In this document: piece after piece, positions 23,978 through 36,430 of the stretch
Position numbering within the stretch: the first letter of the stretch is position 1
Layout of the letters: each line of letters begins with the position of its first letter
Source: Adineta vaga
Taxonomy: Eukaryota; Animalia; Rotifera
Reading direction: 5' to 3'
Length of the DNA stretch: 64,000 bases
NCBI GenBank assembly: GCA_021613535.1
Contig: CP075493.1
Location: 15,128,001 to 15,192,000 of the forward strand
The notes under the pieces: model-generated
The model's database searches: none
What the model was told of the DNA's origin: nothing
Seen by the model: the letters and a program-made list of their open reading frames with translations, nothing else
Program-made: the position numbers and the translations under genes

Positions 23978-24576
23978 TTTTCATCTATTTGATCAGTGCA
24001 AAATTGGATTATGAGCTTAGTTTCAGTGATAAAATAAATATACAACCATTGGGACAAAGGATTGATTGCTGACGAAATATTTGTCGATGAATGATATGTA
24101 ATTCGTAGAAAGCAAGGGAGAACGACATGGATTTCATTAATGAAGTCTTGGATGTGAGGGTGAAAGTGTCAAATAGAGTTTTAAAATACAGAAAGCAGTA
24201 AAAGACATGACGCCTTTTAAAGAACTGAAAATCATTAAACAGGTTGGATGCAGTAAGAGGACTAGCAGCTAGTGTCCTGAAAGAATGATATTGTAATTCA
24301 ATCATTGAAGATATAGTTTTCTGTTTCATAATCACTTTCTAAATTGGCAGCATCAAAACTATCTTGCAATTCATCATTTTTATCATCTTCCAGTAACACA
24401 TCATAAATATCATATTCTTGTGATAAATCGATATCACCACTATTATCTATTGAATATCTTCTCTTTTTCACTTATTCAATTAATTGTTTCACTTTACTTG
24501 TTTATAAACGTGTACGACGATTTGTAATTGTGTTTTCACTGTTAGAAAAGGTCTTTCAACTGAGGGGTTTCAAAGA

Positions 24577-24647
24577 ATCTGAGGGTGTTGGTAGAAGTGA
24601 GTTAAGAAGATATACTCACACCCACACCACACCCACACCCACCCTCG
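24577..24647. repeat. Inverted telomere-like cassette
   Basis: ATCTGAGGGTGTTGG ... CACACCCACACCACACCCACACCCACCCTC. Confidence 0.82.
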
Positions 24648-25106
24648 GAAACCGCTCAAAAATTTTTAAAACTATTGAGAGATTTTAATACGTCATCTAC
24701 GTTGCTCACCTCATAGGTATTCTAACACGAAGAACTTCTACTATAGAGAAGGTTAGAAATTTCTCTTATTTACTACATAGAAAAAAATAAAGTTTTATGA
24801 ATTTACAGCGTACAAAAAAAACCTTTCTTTCGTTTTCGAAGTGTCTCATAAACGAAAAAAAGATTTATAGTCTCGTCAAATACGGTTGAGAAAGGATTTA
24901 TTATACGTTACAAATTCATAAACTCTGTTTTCGTTTATAACGACATCAAAATCACAGATGCCCACGCGGACACTTCAGTCGCCCTCTCGGAAAATAAAAT
25001 CTAGATAAAACACTGGTTCTTTGTTTGTTGATCAAAGCTTTCTTCTGCGAACGTCAACAAGAAGCAAACAACTGTATTATAGATACAACATTTATTAGAT
25101 AAAAGT

Positions 25107-28100
25107 CTATTGTCTTCCAATAAGGGTTCGAAATCTTTTAGTTGCAGCATAGAATTCGTTTGTATATGATTCGGAAGGTACAACAAATACGAGGAATGTA
25201 AGAGATGGTGGAATAAATGATATGAAATATCCAACTAAATAAAGAGCTGGATTTCGTGCCGATTTCATACAACCAGACATGAATGAAATGATCAAACGAG
25301 GTGTAGCAAATATAACTAAGATCATAGAACTAACAATTAGATGATTATGTCGATGAAATTGTTCTTTTAAATGTTGTTGATAAGTTTGCTGTTGTTGAGC
25401 TGCAGCACGACTTCGAGCAGCAACAAATATTATAATAATAGCCGTAACAAGATTTATTATAAAGGGAACCAAAAAATGAAATATATTTATTGCTGAATTA
25501 TATATTTGAAGTGAAGATGAATATTGAATTAAACACCATCTTCGATTTTCTTCTTCATCCTCAATAAGTTGTCGATTTATTGGATCATGTAAAATACTGC
25601 CCATGGTAAATAACAAAATACTAATAATAGCCCATTTAACTGCTCGTCTACTTTGATTCTTATCATATTTGGTACTCATTATTAGTGAAAGTGCTCTATC
25701 AATGGCTACACTTGCATTCAACCAATCTATAATAATTGGTATCAATCGAAGTAAAAAATCAATTGAAACGCATGAGATACGCAGAATAATGATGTTTGTA
25801 ATAATTGACATTTGTGAAAGAATTAGCATCAAGAGTTTAATCGAAAATATAAATGTTGAAAATAATGAAACGATTGATGTAGCTAAAAGATATTGTCTAC
25901 AACCTGATTCATTTTTAGTTTTTCTTTGAAATGTTATTGTGGATAAAATACTATTGACAAGACCAATAACTAACATGATAATAGTTAAAGCAATGGTAAT
26001 TTTTACAATATTTGGTTGATGATTTATCGATAAATGTGGTTGAATTTGATAACCAAGAATAGCATCGAGAGAAAGGCCAAATCCTTTTGTAGTAAATTGA
26101 CATTTACTTCCATAAAAACAATCTTCACAAACACAGAATGTCGAAAATGGACAATTTGGACGATCTGAAAAACATCGAGCATTATTTTGGCAATCTCCAT
26201 ATGTTTTACAGGTGTATTTTATATTGAAATCAAATGGAAAACAATTTGCATGTCCTTCTTCATTGCATAGACACATGAATGCTTCTTTATCATAAAAACA
26301 TTTTAATTGAGATTTATTTTTACAAAATAAATGATAATATTTGACACGATGTAATAATGAATATTTTGCTACTGTTTCATTATTAAATAATTTTAGAACA
26401 TGCAAACATCGTTGTTCCATCTTCATCTGAACTATACTGACAGATGAGGGAGTGTTGTTTGTATTGACATATGTCAGATAATATTCATTGGAAATTTGAG
26501 CAATGATAATATGAAATAATGTCGATATTTCAACTATTGCTTCATTTTGATCAAAAGGAATTTTGGCATTAATGATTGTACGTATTGGATCATATTCTGT
26601 TTGCACAGTAATAAAATGGACAAGTAAAGAACTAGGAATTTCTATATCAATAAATGATATATGAACTTTCGTTTGTATTGTTTCACAAGTTGGACCTGAA
26701 TATCCAATAGGACATAGACATATAAAACTATTTCTTGACACTCGTTCATTTTCAGATATGCATTGTCCACCATTCTTGCAAGTTCTATTTTGACAAATAG
26801 ATTGAAGACGACAATGTGAACCATACTTTTCAACTGGACAAAGACACATTGATTGATTATTAATTTTGCCGAGACATTTCGCATCTGCTGAACAATCAGA
26901 TTTATATGAAATTGTACAATTTATACCTGACCAACCAGAATTACACAAACAAAAATATTCATTCGGACTATTTATATATGCAAAACATCGACCATAATCA
27001 CAGAACACTGGACAATGCTTGAATGAATTAACTGGATGAGAAGGAATAATTAAATGCGCAGATATTCGATTTACAGGAAGAAAAAGAAATTGAACTGGTA
27101 AAATCCAACTTGCATAATAAGTTAAATTGATTTTGCTATAAGCATCAATTCTTACTATATACTTTTTTGTTATATTTTTTGGTCGCGATTGAAAGAGTAA
27201 ATAAGTGAAAAATTTCTTTTCACATTCATATGTTGATAAGTATGTTAATTGTTCATATGCATGAATGATATTATCTTGATCAATAAGACTAATAATAATA
27301 CCAAATACACCATAACAAGTTGGCGTACATTTTCGACTAAATTGAAGTGTTAAACTAACTCGTTGACTTTGATATTGACATCGATCTCCAAAATAACTCG
27401 GAGGACAAAGACAATGGATTTTCAACGAAATTCCAACATAAATCAAAATACCACGATTACATGTTTCAGTTTGTTTTATAGTAAACGTTTTATTTAATGC
27501 CATATTTTCTTGATCTGCAGTCAATCTAACTATAGAATTAGATATTAATTCAATCGAGTCTTTTTTCTTTACCATCGATGATGAAAGATTTGTTTTAAGA
27601 TGATCAAGCATAAAATATTTATACACAGGAAACTTAAGTTTCTCATCTTCATTTAGACGATTCAAAACATATTCGATATCTGGCGAGCAATATATTTTTT
27701 CTTCTATAAAACATACACCTTCCATACAAACATGAATGTTGTAAACACACGAAGTATCATTCCAACATTTATATCTCATCTGATGACGCTGTGGTTTCTG
27801 CAGTCGACAATATTCTCTCTCATCTGTAGATCCGAGACAATCTACAATTCCATTTCCAGCTTGATGATAAGGTAAACATATGACTTTCGTTGTTATAGGA
27901 GAGATGCATTCATGAGTATCGGGTGGACATGTGGATGGTAAACAGTTAAGTTCATCAATACCATTTGGACAATTCCAAGCTCCATCACATCGAGTATATA
28001 AATTATTGCATGGCCAATTATCACAATGTGTCTCATCTGTTTCAATAAACCCATCGATCATAGTAGGCTGTAGATGAACATATCCATTACACAAATTTTG

Positions 28101-29777
28101 AAATGTTATTTGTTGAGAAATACTCGTAGTTTCATCTTCACCTTCACGACAATCTTTTTTATCATTTTGAACTAGAATGAATGAAATACATTTTTGTTCT
28201 GTTGAGCATTTAAAACGGTGTTTATGATTCCATTGACAAGCATCAACATCTTGTTCATCAGTACCTTTATAACAATCTGAAATACCATCGAAAACTCGAT
28301 GGGTCGAAATGTACTTCGTCGTGCCTGGACATTGAAAGAGTGTTGATCGATTATGATTAATTTCATGTTCGTTTTCAATTATAATGAGGCAAGATTGAAA
28401 AAGATTAATAATATCAGTAAATGCAAGAAGATTTAACTCTTGAGTAGATCGACAGGTTGTACCGTTTATATTCAATATTGAATTAGATGGAAGAAAAGGA
28501 CATTTTTTCACATCATAACAAACATAGTCGGGAAATATGCTTATCTCCCCATAACTAGAAAATATTGTTTTGTTTGTTAAATATACTAATGATACATGAC
28601 CATGAATAATAGGTCGCTGCGGAAAAATAACAAATATTGTCTGACATGTATCTGCCATGCTAATGTTACAACCTTCGTCTCCATTATCATCACATAATGT
28701 GGTGCATTTGGGTATATTATAGTAATTAAAATCGCCGTTAAGATATAAGTTGCTAGCCATACTGCATAGTAGCAAAAACCAGCAGTTGTAAGATAGTTGA
28801 GAATGTTCAACGTATGAAAATAACGATCTTTTAATAATCACATTTCGTTCATTGTTGCACTGCAGGCCACCTTCTAGATTTGAATCATCGGTGATTTCTC
28901 CGTCACCACAAACAAAACTTTGAGGATTCTTTCTATGAGTGCTTTCTTCACACCAATAACCTGGGGTTTTTGAACACTTTGTGTGACGGTGTGCAAATAA
29001 AGTATTTTCATCCGTGCCATCAATACAGTCTGAATAAAAGTAACCTTCGCCCAAGAATTCTTCTGGTATGCATATTCCATTGTGACAACGATATTCGTTT
29101 TCTTTGCATTCATTTATTTCGAGTTCAAAACAATTCATTTCATCTGCATCATTCCCTAAACAATCGACTTTCCTATCACAAATTTCACGCCAATCAAGAC
29201 AAGCAGGTGCTGGTCCTCGATCACAATCTAAATGTAAATAACATGTTATAGCCGATTTATTCGTAAAACGTTTGTCGGTAAACGTTTTGTTAACGATTAT
29301 GTTCAGTGACAGACTTATATTAAATGTGTATTGACAAAATGTTCCAAACCATGGTACAGAACAATTGTAGAACTTTTGAAGTCTCAATGAAACATTTGAC
29401 GGTACATCAAGATATTCATCATACAATTCAACAAGATCAATTGACGCTGACCATGAAAGTAGATCAGATGTGGTAACTTGTTGTCTTCTTAATTCTTGAA
29501 ATGTGAATATAGCTAACACTTCTCCTTTTGTTCCTTCGTTATATACTTTTTCAGTTTCTGAAAATGGACGAATACAATATGGAATGACTTGATACCATGT
29601 TTTTAAATCGTCTTTTATTCCAAACGCTTGAATTGTATGGTTAACTACTTTGTAATACAAACAATCATAGTACAAACCATTATTATTCGTTTGATCCATA
29701 TAATACAAATGCAAATGACCTTGAACATCTTGGCCAAATAATATTAAAAGTCCGACAATATAGATTAACCATCCCAT
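25107..29777 (-). CDS. Intronless LDLa-repeat/EGF-repeat class A GPCR (1556 aa)
   Basis: Signal peptide; LDLa motifs (CLDWREICDRKVDC...DE, CDGAWNCPNGIDE); EGF motifs (CLCPPSYFGDRC, CKNGGQC...CLCPIGYSGPTC); 7TM with AIDRA and ...PF/PR/PP helices. Confidence 0.9.
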   Translation of the reverse strand: MGWLIYIVGLLILFGQDVQGHLHLYYMDQTNNNGLYYDCLYYKVVNHTIQAFGIKDDLKTWYQVIPYCIRPFSETEKVYNEGTKGEVLAIFTFQELRRQQVTTSDLLSWSASIDLVELYDEYLDVPSNVSLRLQKFYNCSVPWFGTFCQYTFNISLSLNIIVNKTFTDKRFTNKSAITCYLHLDCDRGPAPACLDWREICDRKVDCLGNDADEMNCFELEINECKENEYRCHNGICIPEEFLGEGYFYSDCIDGTDENTLFAHRHTKCSKTPGYWCEESTHRKNPQSFVCGDGEITDDSNLEGGLQCNNERNVIIKRSLFSYVEHSQLSYNCWFLLLCSMASNLYLNGDFNYYNIPKCTTLCDDNGDEGCNISMADTCQTIFVIFPQRPIIHGHVSLVYLTNKTIFSSYGEISIFPDYVCYDVKKCPFLPSNSILNINGTTCRSTQELNLLAFTDIINLFQSCLIIIENEHEINHNRSTLFQCPGTTKYISTHRVFDGISDCYKGTDEQDVDACQWNHKHRFKCSTEQKCISFILVQNDKKDCREGEDETTSISQQITFQNLCNGYVHLQPTMIDGFIETDETHCDNWPCNNLYTRCDGAWNCPNGIDELNCLPSTCPPDTHECISPITTKVICLPYHQAGNGIVDCLGSTDEREYCRLQKPQRHQMRYKCWNDTSCVYNIHVCMEGVCFIEEKIYCSPDIEYVLNRLNEDEKLKFPVYKYFMLDHLKTNLSSSMVKKKDSIELISNSIVRLTADQENMALNKTFTIKQTETCNRGILIYVGISLKIHCLCPPSYFGDRCQYQSQRVSLTLQFSRKCTPTCYGVFGIIISLIDQDNIIHAYEQLTYLSTYECEKKFFTYLLFQSRPKNITKKYIVRIDAYSKINLTYYASWILPVQFLFLPVNRISAHLIIPSHPVNSFKHCPVFCDYGRCFAYINSPNEYFCLCNSGWSGINCTISYKSDCSADAKCLGKINNQSMCLCPVEKYGSHCRLQSICQNRTCKNGGQCISENERVSRNSFICLCPIGYSGPTCETIQTKVHISFIDIEIPSSLLVHFITVQTEYDPIRTIINAKIPFDQNEAIVEISTLFHIIIAQISNEYYLTYVNTNNTPSSVSIVQMKMEQRCLHVLKLFNNETVAKYSLLHRVKYYHLFCKNKSQLKCFYDKEAFMCLCNEEGHANCFPFDFNIKYTCKTYGDCQNNARCFSDRPNCPFSTFCVCEDCFYGSKCQFTTKGFGLSLDAILGYQIQPHLSINHQPNIVKITIALTIIMLVIGLVNSILSTITFQRKTKNESGCRQYLLATSIVSLFSTFIFSIKLLMLILSQMSIITNIIILRISCVSIDFLLRLIPIIIDWLNASVAIDRALSLIMSTKYDKNQSRRAVKWAIISILLFTMGSILHDPINRQLIEDEEENRRWCLIQYSSSLQIYNSAINIFHFLVPFIINLVTAIIIIFVAARSRAAAQQQQTYQQHLKEQFHRHNHLIVSSMILVIFATPRLIISFMSGCMKSARNPALYLVGYFISFIPPSLTFLVFVVPSESYTNEFYAATKRFRTLIGRQ

Positions 29778-31965
29778 ATTGACAGCAAGGATAAATGTAT
29801 GTAAATAAAGGTCAAATAGAATCTATTAAACAATACAAGATTATAGATAAGCAATATATATATATGCAACAAAAATTAACAAGCCTAGAGGATGCTAAGA
29901 GACAAGGCGTTTAGAAAAAAAATTTACTCCTGAAGCTTTACTTACCTGAATGCATCAATAATTATTCTCCCAGAGAACTGAACAAATAAAATGATTATTC
30001 TTTTTGTGGGTAGTTTCATTTTATCTTTCTGAGTAAAATAATTTTGTTACGCTTTTCTCGTTTCCGCTTTCTGATAAAAGCTAACGTTCACTATTAGTGA
30101 TTTTTATTGAAAAACGGAAATGGTGAAACTTAGCTAGTTTAACTGCCTTCATATGGTTCTATTTATCTTTGAAAAGTTAATAAGAATATAAAGTTAGTTG
30201 TTTCTCATTTTATGTGAATTAGTTTTATTTTGCCATGTATATAAAAGCTCTAGCTGAGACATCTACCGAATTCGAACTCAAGTTTGATGGAGTGTGGGAT
30301 GAAAAGATCTATGTTCGGGATTCACTGATGTCTTCAACTATTGTCTGTCATTTCACAATGGAGAATTATAGTAAACCAAAAGAAAAAGTTTCAGGGTTAG
30401 TTGTAGACGGCTTACAAATAATGAAAAATAATAATGCAAAAACTTAAGATTGATGGATGTCCTAAAAAAACTATCAACATAGTTTCTTTTGAATCTTGAT
30501 CATAAAATTCTGTGTCACTATAAGTACTGCAGATTAACATCTCTTTCAAGTAAAACAAAATACGTTTATAAATATAAAGTGAACTTGTTTTTCTTGAGAT
30601 TAATTGATTGATTTCAATTTATTCAAGCATGTGAAGAGCCCTGATATTACAAAGCGTATATATTTAATAAAATGTAACTCTTTTTCGTCTTTTGGAGTAC
30701 TTGTTTTACATAGTAATGATATTTACGGAATAATTCAGAGATTACATACATGATTAATAAACAATATTGTTCGGTTGATATTAAAGATAAATATTAGTAA
30801 TCACGACATAAGAAGATATTTGGCGATTCGTCATTAATTTGATACTGATCGACATGATCGATGATATCGGTTACTTTTTCATTGTATTTAAGAAAAGATA
30901 AGCCTAACTATACAAGAGTTAAAATAACATACGATCTAATTAAACACAATCAAATATAAAATTACTAAACCGTATGCTTATGAATGATATATACGCATAA
31001 GTGAATGGCAAAAAGATTGACGTAGAAATCACAAACAAAGAAAAAAACTATTATCTTGATAAACGGTGATTCTATTAATCCGTTTACTACTGGCGACGTA
31101 TATGTATACTTCTGGATGTGTACAAACAGCCATGACGCGTTTCGACCTTATCATAGATCTCATCAAATGGCTTAACATCTTTCTTTCGTCAAGTAAATAA
31201 AAGAAACTCAATTCCAATAAGAATTAAATTCGTGTATGATCGGATAAAAATAAGAATTGTGATATATCTCTATGCTTATCAGTGAATCTATATAAGTTAA
31301 ATAAAGATATACTACTCATTTGGTTTGTATTCTGTTGGTTAGAAATTATTAGAAAAACGCTGGTTTTTATGCTGTTGCGGTATATAACCGAGTGAGAAAA
31401 AACTCTCTCTTTTTGCGTAGTTGCATAGTTTTACGCCTCCGTTGACAACAGTTATTATCCATCATGACTAATGGGGCTAATGGGAGCGTGCTGCTATGCA
31501 ATGTGTGAGGGTGTGGGTAAGTTTTCGAAGATAATTCCAAGCTAGTTACGACTCGTTTCGTCGTTGCCTAAGGGACTCATCAGATACGTTCAGAATCTCA
31601 ATACACAATCTAGTAGAGAAACCTAGTATTGAAAATAAGAATTATAATAGACAAAAAATTGAATATATTATTTCAAAGATTTTGACATCTTTGGAAAACT
31701 AAATAAAGTATCGTGAATCTCATTGAAAGAGCTAACTGCGACTGATTGTGTCCTGACTCAAGATAATCGATAGGCATGTTCACAAAGTTTTATTACATAA
31801 AAAGATTAAAATTCTTCCGTTCTTACTGGGGAGATCCAACAGATGACTTCGTTCAAATTCAATAAGTCAATCTTATGCAAACTACATCAACCTCTATTAG
31901 TAGAGCATGAACAATATAAACTGTTTAATATTAATAATTTTTCTTCTTTTTTATCAACCTGTACC

Positions 31966-32016
31966 TGAGTGTGTGGGTAATGGGTGACAACCACCTAGTC
32001 ATCTACACCCTCAAAT
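31966..32016. repeat. Inverted telomere-like cassette
   Basis: TGAGTGTGTGGG ... CTACACCCTCAAATA. Confidence 0.7.
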
Positions 32017-32422
32017 ATTGGACCCATTTTACGGATTAACTCTTGGAAGACCGGGTTATTTCTTTCTAAACAATTATAACGCATTGAATCTAACAAAAAC
32101 AACCGATTAAATTACATGAAAATAAAAACATTTTGCAAAGAAAGTTCTTCAATAGTAGAGGTCTGTCACGTTGCACATGATCTTGTGTATACCAAACGGT
32201 TTGCACCATTGAAGAGGTTAGTAGCAACTTATTTCTGAAGAAACGTATACAAACGCACATATGTGTCTCCGGTCTTCGAAGGGATAAAATAAACGTAGAA
32301 CTTTACATATGAAGTTTACAATAACGAACAATATATAATACGTTGGTCAACTATAACTAATGTTTGTTCATATTCTAAATTCTTTCGTTTCTATGATGAA
32401 CACTGCATGTTTGTTGTTGTTT

Positions 32423-33370
32423 TTACACCTGTTGCTGAGCATTTCGACGACTTGCAGTTAACACTTGTATGGGACCCACAGTATGTCTTCTTTGCCAAAA
32501 TAATATTACATTTCGACATTTAGTTAATAATTCAGGTAATGATATAACACATGCAAATGGAGTGAAGAATATAACCCAATGGACAAAAAAGATCGCATCA
32601 CTGTAATAATCGGGTGCCACAGTTCGCGGTAAGCCACCTGAATAAGCGGCATACATAATCATCGGTGGTAATACTAAAACAGTATAGAGAAAAGATATTG
32701 GAAATAATTGATAGGCCATTTTCTTATAATTTCTCCAATCGATTCTTTGATGAATACGGTATTTTTGACATAAAACACGTACAAATAGAGCTGCACTAAA
32801 TATGGCAATCGCAAATGCAGGTAAAATACAATGTGCAATACTATCATATAATGAAATCTCAGGAATACGAGTAACACATGAATAGCGACCACATTGTCTA
32901 GCTGTGTATTTCAATGGAATATCACAAGAAACAATGAAGATCATAACAAAATAAAATATTACAGGATATAAGATGCACATCATCAAAGGAATATAATGAA
33001 AGAAAAGACGTTTCATTCTTGTTGCAAACCAATCTGAATGGAAAATTAAGATATGACGTTCCATCGATGCCCAAGTCATTAAAATATAATTTGATACGAT
33101 TGTTATTGAATCCATAAATGTCCAAGTATAACACAAGGCAGTCGTTGATACTATAGCAATACCATTACGATAAAAATAAATGTTCCACAAAACAGCAGTA
33201 AGCTCTTCAATCAGTCCAACAAATAGAAGAAGTATGATAACATGATTGTGAAGTGCTGTACGAAGTGCTCTGTTTTTGAGAAAATGATAAAGAACAAAGA
33301 AAGTAACAATCATAGATGGAATAAGAGGCACTAGTTGAAGCCAGAAACGTATATAAGAGGGTATTGCCAT
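32423..33370 (-). CDS. Rhodopsin-like (class A) GPCR
   Basis: Seven hydrophobic segments, MTWASMERH (DRY-like), FFTPFAC..LPEL; likely start MAIPSYIRFW at 33370. Confidence 0.85.
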   Translation of the reverse strand: MAIPSYIRFWLQLVPLIPSMIVTFFVLYHFLKNRALRTALHNHVIILLLFVGLIEELTAVLWNIYFYRNGIAIVSTTALCYTWTFMDSITIVSNYILMTWASMERHILIFHSDWFATRMKRLFFHYIPLMMCILYPVIFYFVMIFIVSCDIPLKYTARQCGRYSCVTRIPEISLYDSIAHCILPAFAIAIFSAALFVRVLCQKYRIHQRIDWRNYKKMAYQLFPISFLYTVLVLPPMIMYAAYSGGLPRTVAPDYYSDAIFFVHWVIFFTPFACVISLPELLTKCRNVILFWQRRHTVGPIQVLTASRRNAQQQV

Positions 33371-34942
33371 ATGATATTTGTATTCTCCGTCAAATATTAA
33401 TGAAAAATGAAAAATAAGATATTTTGAATTGAACTCTGAATGAATATATTTTTCTAATATATATCTCAAATGAAATGAAGAAACTTTCTATAGAATAATA
33501 AAAATATCTCTCCTATATATACGTTTTCTAGTCTATAGATGTAAATACAAATACAATTTCATCTAAAGATTAAACAACTTAGCGAGTATTTGTCAAAAGT
33601 AAATGCTCTCATCGAAACTGAATAAGAATATTACACTATAGAGGAACCAGTTTTATTTATATTTGTAAACCTACGTTATTAATTTAAAGCTTATTGTCAT
33701 TTTATGCAATTTCTAATTACCTACTGTACGACGTATAAGTATCAATCTTTTTCTTGAATATGGAACCTTTGATAATACACTTAAACGAGTAATACTTTAT
33801 GGAAAATGAAATTATTTCTGAACATGTAAAATATTTCAAAATTAATCAGAAAAAAATTCTATATCGAAAAGCATCGTCTTGTTCAGACATATGTCATAAT
33901 TCTATACTCTTAGTAATTATATTTATTAATAGATTGTTTGTTATGTCAATCAAGTAAATATCTCACAAAAGATGGAAATTGAAATATGAAGAAATATTCT
34001 ACTTACAATTTTTAATTAGTAGATTTACAGTAAAATCATTGAGTTCAACTAAGAAAGTCAAAGAAAAGTTTTGATATATAAAATTTATTTAATTAAGTTT
34101 GTAAAAATACAAACTCGTGATTTTTCAAGTAGAAATAAAACAGAATAAATGTACTATAGAAGATTCGAAAGACCTGATATAAATTTGAATTAGTTTTCTG
34201 AGTGAAGTTTTTTTCTGATGAATAGACTATTGGTTACTACGCAAGAAATAATACATCAAATAAACATTCGAATTTTTCTTAAAGGAAACCCTATATTAAA
34301 ATTTTGAATTTACCGTGATTTGATGATCATTGAGAGAAAAAACCAATGTATAATTCAAGGAATAGAGGATTAAATTATCGGGAAAAAAGATGAAGCTAGT
34401 GTGGAAACATGATATAGAATTCTGAGGAAGATCTTTTAATAGAAAGATAGTCTTATCATATAGTTCGATGTCATCTATATGTCTTTTTGCTAGTGGAAAG
34501 TAGTGATGTAACCAAGGTATGGCGCATGACTAGGTGGCGCCCCCTCACCCGAATATTTTTGCAATGAAAACTTACCGCTATGATAGATTCGATCACCTCA
34601 ACTATTCGTAGATGATTTTTGCTATCCGAATAGAATTCTTGCACATTTTGAAGAAATTGTCTTTCAAAACATAGTCGGTATAAATAGCAATGAAAGTTCG
34701 AGTGATGCTATCTCGTTTAATTAAATTATGTCAATTTTCATCTTCTTTAAAATCATTATCAGTAGATTTAAGTCAATGTATTGTCGATGAAGTTAAAATT
34801 ATTGCTTTAATAGTTTATGAAAAACTTTGCAAATCTATGAAACAATCAAAAATCTTAAATCTTTAATTGGAATTATAAAATAAAGTATCCTGATATTAAA
34901 TCGATTGCATCTTCAGAGAACACTTCCTATTCGCGAAATGTA

Positions 34943-35356
34943 TAGGGTGAATCCATGAGGACCCATCCACTTTTTTGGAAAGGTCTTTTTTTTTCGATTT
35001 TTTTTTGTTCACAAGACTGATCTCGACTAGAAAACACTTTCGGTTAAAAAAAATGAAGTACTCTTACCCAAAAATTCCGAGTTTTCGGGCATTTTCGCGG
35101 AACATTTGACTAGTTTTCATGTCATTTTATCAATTTTTTTTCACAGTAATTGACCGAAAAAGACGTATGTTCCGAAAGAATATTCTATATGTTGGTGCTT
35201 TCCGCTTATAAGAAAGCTGAAAATGACTCCTTAGCTATTTTTCATCGAGGATCAGCCTGAAGCGCTGAAAAAATCGTGAAAAAAAGATTTCTTCAATGAT
35301 TTTATTCGAAAATTAAATTTTCCAAAAACTGGATGGCTTCTTATGGATTCACCCTA
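34943..35356. mobile_element. Non-autonomous Tc1/mariner-type MITE (~414 bp)
   Basis: Imperfect TIRs TAGGGTGAATCCAT(..)CCATCCA..TTTTTGGAAA and TTTCCAAAAACTGGATGG..ATGGATTCACCCTA; TA flanks at 34941-34942 and 35357-35358. Confidence 0.85.
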
Positions 35357-35392
35357 TACATTCTTGTACAGCATTGCCATCCAGAATCGAGT

Positions 35393-35601
35393 TGTAACGA
35401 CAAACTGGTTGAGTAGCTGACCGCTTCTCTCGGTCTAGATGTTTATTCGGCTATCTCACATACTCAGAGTGTAACCACTCTACAATACAATGAACGCTTA
35501 TATAGAGAGAGGAAGAGAGAGAAGAACAAGAGGATACGCATGATTGGGAGAGATGATCATATATTGATATCACCACATGGGCTGATATCTTTATCGTTAC
35601 A
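35393..35601 (-). mobile_element. Solo LTR (209 bp)
   Basis: TGTAACGA...TCGTTACA termini; TSD CGAGT at 35388-35392 and 35602-35606; TATATAAG then AATAAA on the minus strand. Confidence 0.88.
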
Positions 35602-36430
35602 CGAGTGCCAGCAATTTCGGGTGTGGGTGTGGGTGAGAGTGTATCATTGTTGCAATAAATAACATGAAACGTGTCGGTGAATCAAACATCTGCATATATT
35701 TACATTTTCACAAGAATAAATTCATTTATTTGTGTTATTTTTTACTTAGTATATCGATTGTTGACAAGCAAGAGTTATTGAGACAGAGATTGAATTCAGA
35801 CGGATTAATCAGTAGCTGAAACATCTTGAAATCTAAAAATGATATCATTTACTTTTTGTTTTATAGAATATTAGTTTTATCGTTTCTCCCCAGGTCGATG
35901 ATTCCGAGGGCCGTTTCCGGCATCGTTTAAGGCATGAAACGGCTAGAAAACGACCCAATTCATGCCCGAAACGGGCATAAACGACTGGCGTTTTTCGCCG
36001 TTTTCCATCGTAATCCGTTAACCCAGATTTGTATATGTAGTTTCACCGGAACGGAAACGGCGCCGTTTCAGTTCGTTTCCGATGATATGCGGTGGACCGT
36101 ATCGATCCCCTTTTCAAGCCTTTTTATGCCTGAAACGAGACGTTTTTCAGACGTTTTACGCCGGAAGTAGTAATCTTCATTTATTTGTTCCATTATAACT
36201 ATAAGCTGTTTCATTTCCACATATAATCTTTTATTGAAATACAACATGTTCGAACACATAAGCAAAAACACAGCTTTTATCACTACCAGTTTCATAAATG
36301 ACACGAAAACACACAATAAAAAAAGACGCGTACAATAAAACAAAATATTTTCAGAATAATCAAACAACATACAAAATATATAGTTCAAACAAAATGAATA
36401 TCTAAGAAATTCAAATAACATACCATTTTA

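Noticed and set aside
24290-24560. Acidic minus-strand coding-like fragment
   Set aside because: Interrupted by stops and has no recognisable motif.
34500-34560. GC-rich motif resembling a transposon terminus
   Set aside because: No matching second end found.
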